A DNA stretch of 64,000 nt from a virus (IMGVR_UViG_3300037524_000450:18784-82783); one strand, 5' to 3'. Positions 53,934 to 63,173 are shown, numbered from the stretch's first letter. A program made the numbers and translations. Notes: generated by a model not told the origin, from the sequence alone.

Positions 53934-54188
53934 ATGGCTACGTTGCGTGTCCTGGTTGTGCAGGGGTATCAGGAAGACCCGCAGGAACAGGAGCTTCGAC
54001 AGATTCTCTCATGTTCTGAAATTCCTGCCAGCGACGAGGAGCACCAGTGGGTGATCTGGAAGGAGATCACTGCTGGTTACGAAAACAGCGGAGAGTGGAA
54101 GGTTGACCGTAGGTATCATGGTTACGTTTCCTTCCAGCATGCTGCGTTCCACGCTCTGCGAACCGTGGTTTACACCACACTTTACTAG
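53934..54188 (+). CDS. hypothetical protein
   Basis: AAAGGA RBS. Confidence 0.7.
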   Translation: MATLRVLVVQGYQEDPQEQELRQILSCSEIPASDEEHQWVIWKEITAGYENSGEWKVDRRYHGYVSFQHAAFHALRTVVYTTLY

Positions 54189-54197
54189 GAGGTTGAG

Positions 54198-54584
54198 ATG
54201 AAAAAGTATCTTATCGCCCTGCTGTTCTGCCTCGTGACTCTGCCCGTTGTGGCTCAGGAAGAAGCTTACAGTACCCTCAGCGCTAGTATGGATTACGACC
54301 CTATGGCTCGCCATATGTGGTCCAAGCAGTTCACTCACTTCAGCTCTCCGGTGGAGAAGGACTTCGGTATCTGGCACAAAGACCCGGTGATCGACCAGGA
54401 GACACTGACTCTGGTCTGTGGTACCGAGATCGACTGGATCTTCGATGTCGCTGTGGCTTATCCTTCTAATAATGAGTACTTTACATACGTGTCGAGTACT
54501 GTCTACTTTGACGAATCCGGTGTTTACATCGTTAAGCGTGCTGACCCGATTCGTACCTTGGTCGTGATCGTCAACTGCTACTAA
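54198..54584 (+). CDS. exported protein with Sec signal peptide
   Basis: MKKYLIALLFCLVTLPVVA|QEE. AGGAGG RBS. Confidence 0.75.
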   Translation: MKKYLIALLFCLVTLPVVAQEEAYSTLSASMDYDPMARHMWSKQFTHFSSPVEKDFGIWHKDPVIDQETLTLVCGTEIDWIFDVAVAYPSNNEYFTYVSSTVYFDESGVYIVKRADPIRTLVVIVNCY

Positions 54585-54594
54585 GGAAAGGCCC

Positions 54595-54933
54595 ATGAGC
54601 AAAACAAAAGAACAGCTTCTGGAAGAACTTAAACAGAGTGAAAAGGCTCACCGGTACTTCAAGGATCATTACGAGTCTCTTTGCGTAGCCTATGACAATG
54701 TTCGTCAAGCGCATGCGCTTGATTTGGAGAAGCACAAGGTTACTTTTGAAAAGTACTTCCGTGAGATGGATGTTCTTAAAGATAACCATGCCCAAGCCGT
54801 GCGTGAGCTTGGGGAAGCCAAGGAAAAGGTTACGGCGCAGGAAGCTCGGATCATGGTTTTAGAGACTGCCATGACCTCTATGGCTCTTCATATCCAAATC
54901 ATGATTGACCAAAAGAAAAGGAGTAAGTCATGA
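54595..54933 (+). CDS. coiled-coil hypothetical protein
   Basis: Heptad-rich, with RBS. Confidence 0.7.
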   Translation: MSKTKEQLLEELKQSEKAHRYFKDHYESLCVAYDNVRQAHALDLEKHKVTFEKYFREMDVLKDNHAQAVRELGEAKEKVTAQEARIMVLETAMTSMALHIQIMIDQKKRSKS

Positions 54934-55481
54934 ACAAGGGGTTCACTTTGGTCGAGATCATCGTGGGTCTGGCAATCATTGCTATCCTCACGGTTATCTC
55001 CGTCTCGCTTCTCAACACGACCGAAGAGACCAAGATGGTCGCTTGCGTGGCGGATCTCGCTGCGATGGAGACTCTGGTTGAGCAGGCGTACGAGCAGACT
55101 CGCCCCTGGACGCCATCCTGGGAAGAGGTTCAGCAGATTGCAGGCACGCACTGGAACGAGCACTACCACTACATCCCGAATAACAATGACCTTAACCGAG
55201 GGCATGGTAACGACCTGGATCTTTGCGATGAAGAGAACCCCGGTAAGAGCCTGACCCAGCGGGAGTGCCTGGACATCCAGTGGGTCATCGTCTGCGATCA
55301 TAACCACGGCGACCTTGCCAAGTACAACTTCGCTATCTCGAAGGACCGGGTGTACTCGGTGGCGACTAACGCTACCAAGAGTTGGAAGCGTCCCTACGTT
55401 CCGGCAGAGCCTGCGTTTCTTCAAGACTTGATCTGGTGGGAAGGCCCGGACCCGAACCTCCAGCGGTGGATTGGCCGGTAA
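54930..55481 (+). CDS. type IV pilin / pseudopilin-like protein (class III signal peptide)
   Basis: MNKG|FTLVE with G(-1), F(+1), E(+5), followed by a ~20-aa hydrophobic helix. AAGGAG RBS. Confidence 0.85.
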   Translation: MNKGFTLVEIIVGLAIIAILTVISVSLLNTTEETKMVACVADLAAMETLVEQAYEQTRPWTPSWEEVQQIAGTHWNEHYHYIPNNNDLNRGHGNDLDLCDEENPGKSLTQRECLDIQWVIVCDHNHGDLAKYNFAISKDRVYSVATNATKSWKRPYVPAEPAFLQDLIWWEGPDPNLQRWIGR

Positions 55482-55482
55482 C

Positions 55483-55713
55483 ATGGAGAAGAAGAACTAC
55501 ACCGAGGTTCTTAAAAAGATTGAACACCTGAGAGAACTCAATAAGGAACGTGATGTGCTTCTGCTGGAGTTGGAGTACACTATCCTTAGTGAGCAGTATA
55601 AGCTGGATTTCGCAGATATACACCCCGTTGGGTTCAAGTGGAAGATGATGGCTCGTTACGAACAGCTACGAGAGTTGAGGAGCAAAGGGGGTTTTTGGAA
55701 TGCCGCTCGTTGA
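55483..55713 (+). CDS. hypothetical protein
   Basis: Follows the pilin-like gene. Confidence 0.6.
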   Translation: MEKKNYTEVLKKIEHLRELNKERDVLLLELEYTILSEQYKLDFADIHPVGFKWKMMARYEQLRELRSKGGFWNAAR

Positions 55714-56071
55714 TTTGAATATCGTTCCGGGTGTTATGAACAGCTTTCCGAACCGTCCGTACGAAACAATGTATCTCGGTGTCGAGACGGACGATGAAGA
55801 CCCTGACAATAACCACTACGTTATTGCTCTTGAGGTGACTCACCGCAGTCCTCTCAAGCAGATCCCGCTCCTGGTATCGGACCCGACTGGAACGTATCCA
55901 CAGGAGGTTCTGGACGTTCTTATGACCGATTGGGTGCGTAAGAACTTTCCCTCCGGAATGCTCTGGTGGCAGAAATACTACATGCAAAGGAGAGCGGACC
56001 AAGCCAAGTACAAAGACACGATTATTCTTTCGGATATCCTGTATCGTAAAACTGCTCCGCACCCGGTATAG
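55700..56071 (+). CDS. hypothetical protein
   Basis: Overlaps the upstream stop. Confidence 0.65.
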   Translation: MPLVDLNIVPGVMNSFPNRPYETMYLGVETDDEDPDNNHYVIALEVTHRSPLKQIPLLVSDPTGTYPQEVLDVLMTDWVRKNFPSGMLWWQKYYMQRRADQAKYKDTIILSDILYRKTAPHPV

Positions 56072-56080
56072 GAGGCTGTT

Positions 56081-56374
56081 ATGGAAGACACTATGCTCAA
56101 GAGTCATGAGATCGACCGTCTTCGTGAAGCTCTGGGTCTCATCCCCAAGGAGATCGAGGGGTTCCCTCTGCGGGATATCGTGCGTCGTAAGACGTTTGAT
56201 CGTCGCCGGGTTTCCCTCCTTCGGAGCGATGATAAGATCGAGGGTCAGAGCGAGAGCTTCGATCTCTGGAAGATCTGCCGGTTCCGCACCATTAACGGTG
56301 ACATGATTCAGATTGGTTGGGCGCTCCGCTCCAAGGTCTCGGGTGACTACTTCGTCTTCTCGGAGGTTTGGTGA
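56081..56374 (+). CDS. hypothetical protein
   Basis: AGGAGG RBS. Confidence 0.7.
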   Translation: MEDTMLKSHEIDRLREALGLIPKEIEGFPLRDIVRRKTFDRRRVSLLRSDDKIEGQSESFDLWKICRFRTINGDMIQIGWALRSKVSGDYFVFSEVW

Positions 56375-56655
56375 TGGTTGTCTATCGGACTGTAACCTGG
56401 GATACGGATGCGAGTAGTACGCATCCTATTGCTGTTTGGGAATGTGGTCCTTCGTGTCTCAAGATGGACAAAGAAGGTGTCTGGATACACAGGTATTGTG
56501 TGATTCCAGATGAAGGTCTTGACGAGGACATGACCGAGGAGGAGTTCCACGAGAAGTATGGTTTGTTTGTGAACCATTACTGTGCTCCTGGTAAGCTTTT
56601 CGTCATCCAAGGTGAAGTCCACTGGTCCTGCCACCAAGCAGCCAGCGTTCAGTGA
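56374..56655 (+). CDS. hypothetical protein
   Basis: TGATG coupling. Confidence 0.6.
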   Translation: MVVYRTVTWDTDASSTHPIAVWECGPSCLKMDKEGVWIHRYCVIPDEGLDEDMTEEEFHEKYGLFVNHYCAPGKLFVIQGEVHWSCHQAASVQ

Positions 56656-56719
56656 GTCGTTGAGTGCGTAGTTGGTCAACTATTATCCCGAACCCAACCC
56701 TCTTATAAGGAGAGATATC

Positions 56720-57325
56720 ATGGCTCGTACTGCTACTGCCAAGCCCGCGTTCGATTCCAAGTCTGCCTTTTCTCGTTACGTCCCGAACTACGTGCAGGAT
56801 GTTTGCGCTGGTGCCAACCCGAAGCTCAAGAAGGCCGGTCGTCCGTTCACCTTCGACGTGAGGGTTTTCCGGGTGAACACCAAGGATTCCGGTCCTATCC
56901 TCAGCACCTACCTGATGTTCGGTGGTGTGCCGACTCCGAAGCTGCACGAGCTTCTTGAGACCGAGGGCTTCAAGGTTCGTCGTCGCCCCCGCACCTGGAC
57001 CGGTAAGGACGGTAAGGTCGTGGATATCGCGGAGCGCGACAACGAGTGCTACTCGGTGTACTACAATACCAACCAGACCATCACCGAGGGTCAGATGAGC
57101 CTGATCGCCAAGATCTTTGGTTCGCTCAACAAGTCCCTCACCACGGGTAAGGCTCCGCTCCTGGCTTCGTGGGAAGCCATCGAGGAGTCCTGGGGTGACA
57201 AGGACAAGTGGCTGTCGATCTGTGCTGTTGACTCCAGCACCAAGAAGGCCACCGTCGCGGAGCCGGATGAGGAAGACGGTCTGGATACCAGCTCGATCCT
57301 CGACGACGTGGACGACCTGCTCTAA
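56720..57325 (+). CDS. probably abundant protein with acidic C-terminal tail, possible ssDNA-binding protein
   Basis: TAAGGAG RBS and strong codon bias. Ends EPDEEDGLDTSSILDDVDDLL and is followed by a terminator. Confidence 0.75.
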   Translation: MARTATAKPAFDSKSAFSRYVPNYVQDVCAGANPKLKKAGRPFTFDVRVFRVNTKDSGPILSTYLMFGGVPTPKLHELLETEGFKVRRRPRTWTGKDGKVVDIAERDNECYSVYYNTNQTITEGQMSLIAKIFGSLNKSLTTGKAPLLASWEAIEESWGDKDKWLSICAVDSSTKKATVAEPDEEDGLDTSSILDDVDDLL

Positions 57326-57348
57326 GACCTCTCTTAAGTTGTTGATTC

Positions 57349-57378
57349 GGGGGCACCTACGGGTGCCCCCTTTCTTTA
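57349..57378 (+). terminator. intrinsic terminator
   Basis: GGGGGCACC-TACG-GGTGCCCCC-TTTCTTT. Confidence 0.85.
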
Positions 57379-57407
57379 ACTTCCTACTGCCCAAAGGAGA
57401 TAAGGAC

Positions 57408-57881
57408 ATGGCCCGTTACAAGATGACCCTTAGGAATGGCAGCGTTTACTCGGGTACGGGAGCTAAGATGCCCAAGGGCATGCGCCGGTATTCCCCGGAT
57501 AGTGTAGTTGCTGCTACGAGGGCAGCGGATCTTATCCGAGAGCGAAAGGCCAAGACGGTCAAGGAAGCTTGCGAGATCGTTGATATCAACGTTGGTACTT
57601 TCTACAAGTTCTTCTTTGGTGTTCTTCAGCCGTTTCAGGCAAGTCCGACATCTTATCGGACATATTGTATCTATGGCGATATTTATCATTTGCACTACTG
57701 CCCTCCTTGTCGGGAGAGACGAGGGAATGACCCTCGACTCTTGCTCTACACGGCTGCGCTTACATTGCGGCCAGATAGAACTTTAGCCCCCAATATGAAG
57801 AAGAGTAAGACTACTGTTAAGAAGAGGAAGAAGAGCAAGAGTACGTTGACTCTCGTTGGCTGGAACACGTCTCTTATCTAA
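57408..57881 (+). CDS. basic protein with possible HTH
   Basis: AAGGAG RBS. KTVKEACEIVDINVGTFYKF is HTH-like. Confidence 0.55.
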   Translation: MARYKMTLRNGSVYSGTGAKMPKGMRRYSPDSVVAATRAADLIRERKAKTVKEACEIVDINVGTFYKFFFGVLQPFQASPTSYRTYCIYGDIYHLHYCPPCRERRGNDPRLLLYTAALTLRPDRTLAPNMKKSKTTVKKRKKSKSTLTLVGWNTSLI

Positions 57882-57891
57882 AGGAGGACTC

Positions 57892-58041
57892 ATGCGCGAA
57901 GTGACTACTATTCCGGAAGAGTGGCTTCGTGAGGTGAGCGAGGAGGATCGTCGTCGTATTGAGCAGTATCTCGATGCACAGGTGGAGCGGGATCATAGGG
58001 AGGACTTCGACGAGTTCGATGACCTCTACTGTGATAAGTGA
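57892..58041 (+). CDS. small acidic hypothetical protein
   Basis: AAGGAGG RBS. Confidence 0.6.
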   Translation: MREVTTIPEEWLREVSEEDRRRIEQYLDAQVERDHREDFDEFDDLYCDK

Positions 58042-58244
58042 TGACTAAGCCTGATGATAAGCTGTTGGACGTTGAGTACGAGGAGTTGTGTCATCGGGAA
58101 CCCCTTCCACTCGTAGAGATGACCGAGGCGGAGAAGCAATTCTTGCTCCGAGTCCTGGGGCCAGAGCGACTCTCTTGGTCAGAGCGCGGGAGGAGGTACG
58201 GCTACGGATGGGACTACGATCCCGAGGAAAACGTGGAGGAATAG
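58041..58244 (+). CDS. hypothetical protein
   Basis: TGATG coupling. Confidence 0.6.
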   Translation: MTKPDDKLLDVEYEELCHREPLPLVEMTEAEKQFLLRVLGPERLSWSERGRRYGYGWDYDPEENVEE

Positions 58245-58427
58245 ATGGTTTCGATACCGGAAGAAGACGCACGAGAGATTATTCGTATTGTTGACGAGCT
58301 TGGAAAGCATTACGACGATGCTCACCCCGAAGTTGGTTTTGGTACTAGTGTTTATGTTCGGTACTTTAGAAAACGGGTACGTGAGTTACTCTTGCTGGAT
58401 GACGAGAATGGGACATGGGAGGACTGA
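58245..58427 (+). CDS. hypothetical protein
   Basis: GGAGG RBS within the upstream Glu codons. Confidence 0.6.
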   Translation: MVSIPEEDAREIIRIVDELGKHYDDAHPEVGFGTSVYVRYFRKRVRELLLLDDENGTWED

Positions 58428-58428
58428 C

Positions 58429-58677
58429 ATGTACGCTATCATTTATACGCACAAGTATGGTACGGATGTGAGCATTGCAGACACGGAAGAGGAAGCCTTC
58501 CAGTTTGCAGAGGAGATTGTTGCTTATTGGCGGGATGACTTCAAGGTTGACCCTGACTTGAGTGATGGTGATGCTCTGCAGGATTGGGTTGAACTTACGG
58601 GTGGAACGGAAAGTATTGACGTGCAGTTTGTCTGGCATGTCAAGGACTGTAAGCGCGAAGAAGAAGAAGAGGACTGA
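58429..58677 (+). CDS. hypothetical acidic protein
   Basis: MYAIIYTHKYGTDVS... GGAGG RBS. Confidence 0.7.
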   Translation: MYAIIYTHKYGTDVSIADTEEEAFQFAEEIVAYWRDDFKVDPDLSDGDALQDWVELTGGTESIDVQFVWHVKDCKREEEEED

Positions 58678-58678
58678 C

Positions 58679-58885
58679 ATGAGTCTAACTTCAGAGCAGA
58701 TCGAATACTACCTTGATAATGTTGGAGTACGTTGTCCTTGGTGCCAGAGTAGCAACCTAGACGCGGCAAGTGAGTTGGACCAGGACGGTGTTACGTGCTA
58801 CCAGAATGTCCGTTGTGCTGCCTGTAACAAAGAGTGGATTGACAAATATGTCCTGGTAGGTATCTCTGAGGTGGAGGAGGAGTAA
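58679..58885 (+). CDS. zinc-ribbon protein
   Basis: CPWCQS...CAACNKEW. Confidence 0.7.
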   Translation: MSLTSEQIEYYLDNVGVRCPWCQSSNLDAASELDQDGVTCYQNVRCAACNKEWIDKYVLVGISEVEEE

Positions 58886-59131
58886 ATGGTTAGGATAACA
58901 GTAGAGATCGACCTCCCGAATGTGACGGCTAGAGATCTTCTTGACCGTGACTATTTTTACGGGGATAAAATTATTATTGACGAAACATATTTAGAGAGAT
59001 TTCCGGAAGATGATAACTTTTATCTGTTTAAGTTTGTTAAGGCAGAGGAAGGGCCTTTGTCCCCTCCCGAGGAGGCAACCGCTGGCCTAGTTTCGTTCGC
59101 AATACTAGAGGATATACTAGAGGAGGAATAA
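58886..59131 (+). CDS. hypothetical protein
   Basis: GGAGG RBS. Confidence 0.65.
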   Translation: MVRITVEIDLPNVTARDLLDRDYFYGDKIIIDETYLERFPEDDNFYLFKFVKAEEGPLSPPEEATAGLVSFAILEDILEEE

Positions 59132-59512
59132 ATGGCTAACAACTACTGTCAGTTTTCTTTCATCCTTGATGATGTGACCCCTGAGCAGGAGGATTTCATT
59201 ATTGAGGGTGTGAATGCTCGTAATGAGAACAACTATGACGGTGGCGTTACCTTTGACAGTAATCTCCCGGAGCTTCATATCTTTGCCAGTGAGTACGGGG
59301 ATCTTGATATCATCGCAGAGGTTCTGCGCGATTATCTGGCTACGTATCGTCCTACAGAGTGCCTCGGGTTCACCTGGGCTATGACGTGCAGTAAGATGCG
59401 CCCCAACGAGTTCTCTGGTGGTGGAGTCTTCATCACCAAGGATGAGATCAAGTTCATGAACGCTGAAACCTGGGTTTGGGAACAGTGTGAGAATTTCGCT
59501 GAAAATAGTTGA
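59132..59512 (+). CDS. conserved-looking phage hypothetical protein
   Basis: MANNYCQFSF...FTWAMTCSKMRPNEFSGGGVFIT. Confidence 0.7.
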   Translation: MANNYCQFSFILDDVTPEQEDFIIEGVNARNENNYDGGVTFDSNLPELHIFASEYGDLDIIAEVLRDYLATYRPTECLGFTWAMTCSKMRPNEFSGGGVFITKDEIKFMNAETWVWEQCENFAENS

Positions 59513-59537
59513 CAACGTCGTTGTTATCCTGCATAAT
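59509..59537 (+). promoter_or_regulatory. sigma70-type promoter for the cobS/cobT-like pair
   Basis: TTGACA (59509-59514), 17 bp, CATAAT (59532-59537). AAGGAGG RBS downstream. Confidence 0.75.
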
Positions 59538-59569
59538 AACCTGACTAGCACGAGCCAAGGAGGCTAGCA

Positions 59570-60535
59570 ATGAAGGTCACGTCTGTCAAAGCCGGGGATG
59601 TTTTTCCGAAGATCAACAACCGTGCCAAGAACATGGTGTTGCCCTTTGGAGAGTATGACATCAACGACCCGGAAGATCAGCAGCTCATGAAGCTGATCCC
59701 TGAGAAAGATCCGAACTACCAGTTCCCTGGTGCTGAGGTCATTGCATCCATGATTGTCGTGCAACAGCGTGACAACATGCTTATCCACGGTGTTACTGGA
59801 ACTGGCAAGACTGCCCTGCCTACCCAACTGTGTAACAGGCTGAACCTGCCGCTCACCCGGATCAACTGCTACTCGGAGATGGGTGCGCCGGAACTGTTTG
59901 GCTACACTGGTCTTCCGAAGCCCGGTGTCCCGAACGACGACGGCTGGAAGTGGACTTCCGTTACCCTGGGTATCCAGCGTCCTGGTTTCCTGCTCATGGA
60001 TGAGTGGGATACTCTCCGTCCTGACGCAGCCATTGGTTTCCAGAGGTTGCTGGAGGACAACGAGCCTGGGCTGATGCTGTCGGATATCGACCGCTTTATC
60101 CCGAAGAACCCGGACTGCATCATCTTTGCTACTTCGAACACCCGAGGGTTGGGTGATGCCACTGGCTTGTACGCAGGCACCAGCACTCAGAACTTTGCTC
60201 AGTTGAACAGGTTCCATGTCGTCATGGAGATGCAGCCGCTTGACAAGGAGCGGATGACTGCGATTCTCACTTCGTATACGGTTGCGGGTAATGCTCTCAA
60301 GGCTGACCTCGTTGCGAGCATGTCCAAGTTCTACGAGATGAGCCTGGACTCGTATCGTGCCGGTGGTCTGTCGTCCCCGCTCTCCGTTCGGATGATGCTC
60401 CACTATGCGCGGTACTTCTCTCTGATTGGTGCGCCTTCCCTGGACCTCGTCGTCCTGTCCAAGATGCCTACCGAGAACGATAAGTCGATTGCCAAGGGCC
60501 TTGCTGATCGCGCCGGTCTGATCGACGCTGAGTAG
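59570..60535 (+). CDS. cobS: CobS/MoxR-like AAA+ ATPase
   Basis: Walker A GVTGTGKT, Walker B LLMDEWD, ATSNTRGLGD-x-TGLY-x-GT, QNFAQLNRF and SVRM. Confidence 0.92.
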   Translation: MKVTSVKAGDVFPKINNRAKNMVLPFGEYDINDPEDQQLMKLIPEKDPNYQFPGAEVIASMIVVQQRDNMLIHGVTGTGKTALPTQLCNRLNLPLTRINCYSEMGAPELFGYTGLPKPGVPNDDGWKWTSVTLGIQRPGFLLMDEWDTLRPDAAIGFQRLLEDNEPGLMLSDIDRFIPKNPDCIIFATSNTRGLGDATGLYAGTSTQNFAQLNRFHVVMEMQPLDKERMTAILTSYTVAGNALKADLVASMSKFYEMSLDSYRAGGLSSPLSVRMMLHYARYFSLIGAPSLDLVVLSKMPTENDKSIAKGLADRAGLIDAE

Positions 60536-60545
60536 GGGGTAGGTC

Positions 60546-62999
60546 ATGATTGAAGAGCTTGGGACAAAAACGCTCCGGAGCCTGTTCGGTGGGAACATCT
60601 CCACCGCTCAGGTTCTACAGGGTATCGCCGCAGGTATGTCTGCCTGTGGCGTCAAGGTTGTTATTGACCCTGGGTGTGCATGTCCGTATGCCATCATCCG
60701 GGAGAAGAAGATCGTGCTGCCCGCTACAGTCAAGTCTGAGCGGGCGCTGCTCGTGGTCAACTGGTTCATCGACCACGAGGCGAGCCATCTGGTTCACACC
60801 CCGGATATCAAGCCTTTTATTGAGGCTTGGTGCAAAAACAGCTTGATGCTTGACGTGCTTAAGAAGCATGGAATCAACAAGTTCCCTGATTCCCTGCTCA
60901 TGGCTGCCAAGAATATGTTCAATCTCGCAGAGGACGCTCGGATCGAGAAGCTTATGATCCAGCGTATCCCTGGCACCCGCAAGCACTTCATCGGCGGGCC
61001 TATTGCGAGCGGCTTGGGTGATATGATCGAGGATATGGTCAACAAGGCCAAGGAGATTCAGGCTGACCAGAATCTCCCCGAGTTCCCGATCAATCCTTTC
61101 TGGGCAGCGCAGATGCACGTCTACCATCTGCTTGATGGTACTCACCAGCGTAAGCCCCGCAACCACGTCCGTAAGATGCTTGCGGGTCATTCGGTTGAGG
61201 CTGTTCTGGACATCGCGGAAGACGAGTTCGGGGACATTAAAGACCCGGATACCGTCACCACCTCCGAGATGGTCCAACGCACTGACAAGGCTATGTCTCG
61301 GATCTTCGAGCTTGTCCTTGACCAGATGGAGCAGCAGGAGGAGGACGAGGAAGAGGGCGACGGCGACCAGCAGCAGGGTCAAGGCTCTGCTGACAGTAAT
61401 CCCTTCCAGAACAAGTTCGCCAAGAAACAACAGAAGGGCAAGGGAGCCAAGTCCAACGAGGGTGCCGAATCTGAAGATGAGCCTTCTGACGGTGAGGAAG
61501 GCGAAGACGGTGAGGAGTCCGAAGACAGCAAAGGAAAGGGTAAGGGCAAGAGTAAGTCCAAGGCCAAAGAAGAGGGCGAGGAAGAGTCCGAGGGTTCAGC
61601 CTCTGGAGAAGGCGACAACGAAGGCAAGGAGGATGGCGACGACAGTGACGGAGAAGGAGAGTCCGAGGGGGACGAGTCGGAGGAAAGTGAAGGCGACGGG
61701 GACGAGTCTGACTCGGGAGAGGGTGACGAAGAGGATGATTCTGACGAACAAATCAAGGAGATGCAGCAAGAAGTAGAAGAGAACGCTGACGTAGCCAATG
61801 ACGCTCAGGCTAAGGCAGACCAGAAGCTCCCGCCTCAGATCGAGGAGTGGGCGAAGGACGCTACCGCAGATGTAGCTGAGCTTATGCGTGGGGCAGAGTC
61901 CAAGAATGAGGCTCCTGATGGTCTGTCCAGTGGACAGGAGCGCACTAATCAGTCTGGCAACCCCATGTGCGATCCTACTGCTTCGGCTGACGGAATGCCG
62001 GAGAAGTATTTCCAGAAGATGATCCCTGGTGGCAAGACCATCTTCATCAACAGCGCGGATATCTCTCAGATGATCAACAAGCAGAACTTTGCTACCTATG
62101 ACGAGGTTATCCGCCGTCTTATGCCTCCGAATCTTGGACCTGCGGCGAGGCGCCTCGTGGGTAAGTTCAAGGACGCGCCGGGTGAGGCGTGGACTGGGAA
62201 ACGTATCAACCCTCGTAGGCTCGGCCAGATTCAAGCTGGCACAGCTTACGACAAGAAAATCTTCATCCGTAAGAACCAGACCATCGAGAGCCGTCGTGGT
62301 CTGGCAGTTATGATGCTTGTTGACTGCTCTGGGTCCATGACCAGCAGCATTCATGGAGCGCAGTTCAGTGACTCGCTCGCCAACAGCAAGTTCGCTATGG
62401 CTCACGCTGGCGCACGGGGCATCGCCAAGCTTCTCCAAGCTGTCAACGTGCCTTTCGCTGTCGGTGGCTTCACTACCACCTACCCTGAAGTGCTTCGTAA
62501 TAGCTCCAGGTGGGGTGGTGGTTGGTCGCGGGATTGTGACCTTGTCCACTTCCTGTTCAAAGACTTCCACGAACCGTGGCCTGTCTCTGAGTTCAACATG
62601 CTCGCCATGAATTCCTTCTCGGAGTACGAGTACAAGGGGCAGCAGATCTACTCCAACTGCAACTCCGACGGTGAGGCTGTTCTCTGGGCAGCCACCCAGC
62701 TCCTTGCTCGTGACGAGGATACGAAGGTTCTTATCGTTCTGTCCGACGGTCTTCCTGCCGGTGGGGATCGTACGCTCCAGTGCGGGTTCCTGAAGTGGGC
62801 GATCAAGCGTTCCATGCTGGCGGGTATCCGGGTTGGTGCCTTCGGTCTTGGCTGCCAGGACGTGAAGTTCTACTACCCGATCTCTGAGATTCTTGATGTG
62901 TTTCCTCCCGGTCAGGGTACGGATGTTACCGCACCGTATCTGATCCAAGAGAAACTCCTTTCGCTCATCGACCGTGTTATGTCCTACGAGGAGGTATAA
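60546..62999 (+). CDS. cobT: CobT-like vWA-domain protein with long acidic linker
   Basis: N-terminal HEASH metallopeptidase-like motif and EDARIE, an E/D/G/S-rich linker, MIDAS DCSGS, N-x-DGEA and LIVLSDG-x-P. Confidence 0.88.
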   Translation: MIEELGTKTLRSLFGGNISTAQVLQGIAAGMSACGVKVVIDPGCACPYAIIREKKIVLPATVKSERALLVVNWFIDHEASHLVHTPDIKPFIEAWCKNSLMLDVLKKHGINKFPDSLLMAAKNMFNLAEDARIEKLMIQRIPGTRKHFIGGPIASGLGDMIEDMVNKAKEIQADQNLPEFPINPFWAAQMHVYHLLDGTHQRKPRNHVRKMLAGHSVEAVLDIAEDEFGDIKDPDTVTTSEMVQRTDKAMSRIFELVLDQMEQQEEDEEEGDGDQQQGQGSADSNPFQNKFAKKQQKGKGAKSNEGAESEDEPSDGEEGEDGEESEDSKGKGKGKSKSKAKEEGEEESEGSASGEGDNEGKEDGDDSDGEGESEGDESEESEGDGDESDSGEGDEEDDSDEQIKEMQQEVEENADVANDAQAKADQKLPPQIEEWAKDATADVAELMRGAESKNEAPDGLSSGQERTNQSGNPMCDPTASADGMPEKYFQKMIPGGKTIFINSADISQMINKQNFATYDEVIRRLMPPNLGPAARRLVGKFKDAPGEAWTGKRINPRRLGQIQAGTAYDKKIFIRKNQTIESRRGLAVMMLVDCSGSMTSSIHGAQFSDSLANSKFAMAHAGARGIAKLLQAVNVPFAVGGFTTTYPEVLRNSSRWGGGWSRDCDLVHFLFKDFHEPWPVSEFNMLAMNSFSEYEYKGQQIYSNCNSDGEAVLWAATQLLARDEDTKVLIVLSDGLPAGGDRTLQCGFLKWAIKRSMLAGIRVGAFGLGCQDVKFYYPISEILDVFPPGQGTDVTAPYLIQEKLLSLIDRVMSYEEV

Positions 63000-63172
63000 T
63001 GTCTGTTTATGACAGATACTCTAGTGAGAAGCTTGACGAAGAGATCGCCAACCTTCTTGAGCTTCAGGACGCTGAGTATGCTAGGTATGGGCTTAGCAAT
63101 TTTTGGTATGCCCTGTCTAAAGAGATCAACAAGCTTGTTGAGCGTAAGAAAGAAATCGACAGAGGGGAGTAA
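62999..63172 (+). CDS. small hypothetical protein (57 aa)
   Basis: TAATG coupling with GAGGAGG RBS. MSVYDRYSSEKLDEEI..., translated by hand. Confidence 0.55.
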   Translation: MSVYDRYSSEKLDEEIANLLELQDAEYARYGLSNFWYALSKEINKLVERKKEIDRGE

Positions 63173-63173
63173 C

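Noticed and set aside
57508-57786. Alternative-frame ORF or frameshift in the 57408 gene
   Set aside because: The 57408 frame is open to 57881 with a good RBS. The overlapping frame has no clear start and no slippery site that I can support.
59564-62948. Long minus-strand ORFs (59564-60604, 61596-62948; also 49564-50406 and 42000-42599)
   Set aside because: They are antisense shadows of GC3-biased plus-strand genes, with no RBS or recognisable motifs.
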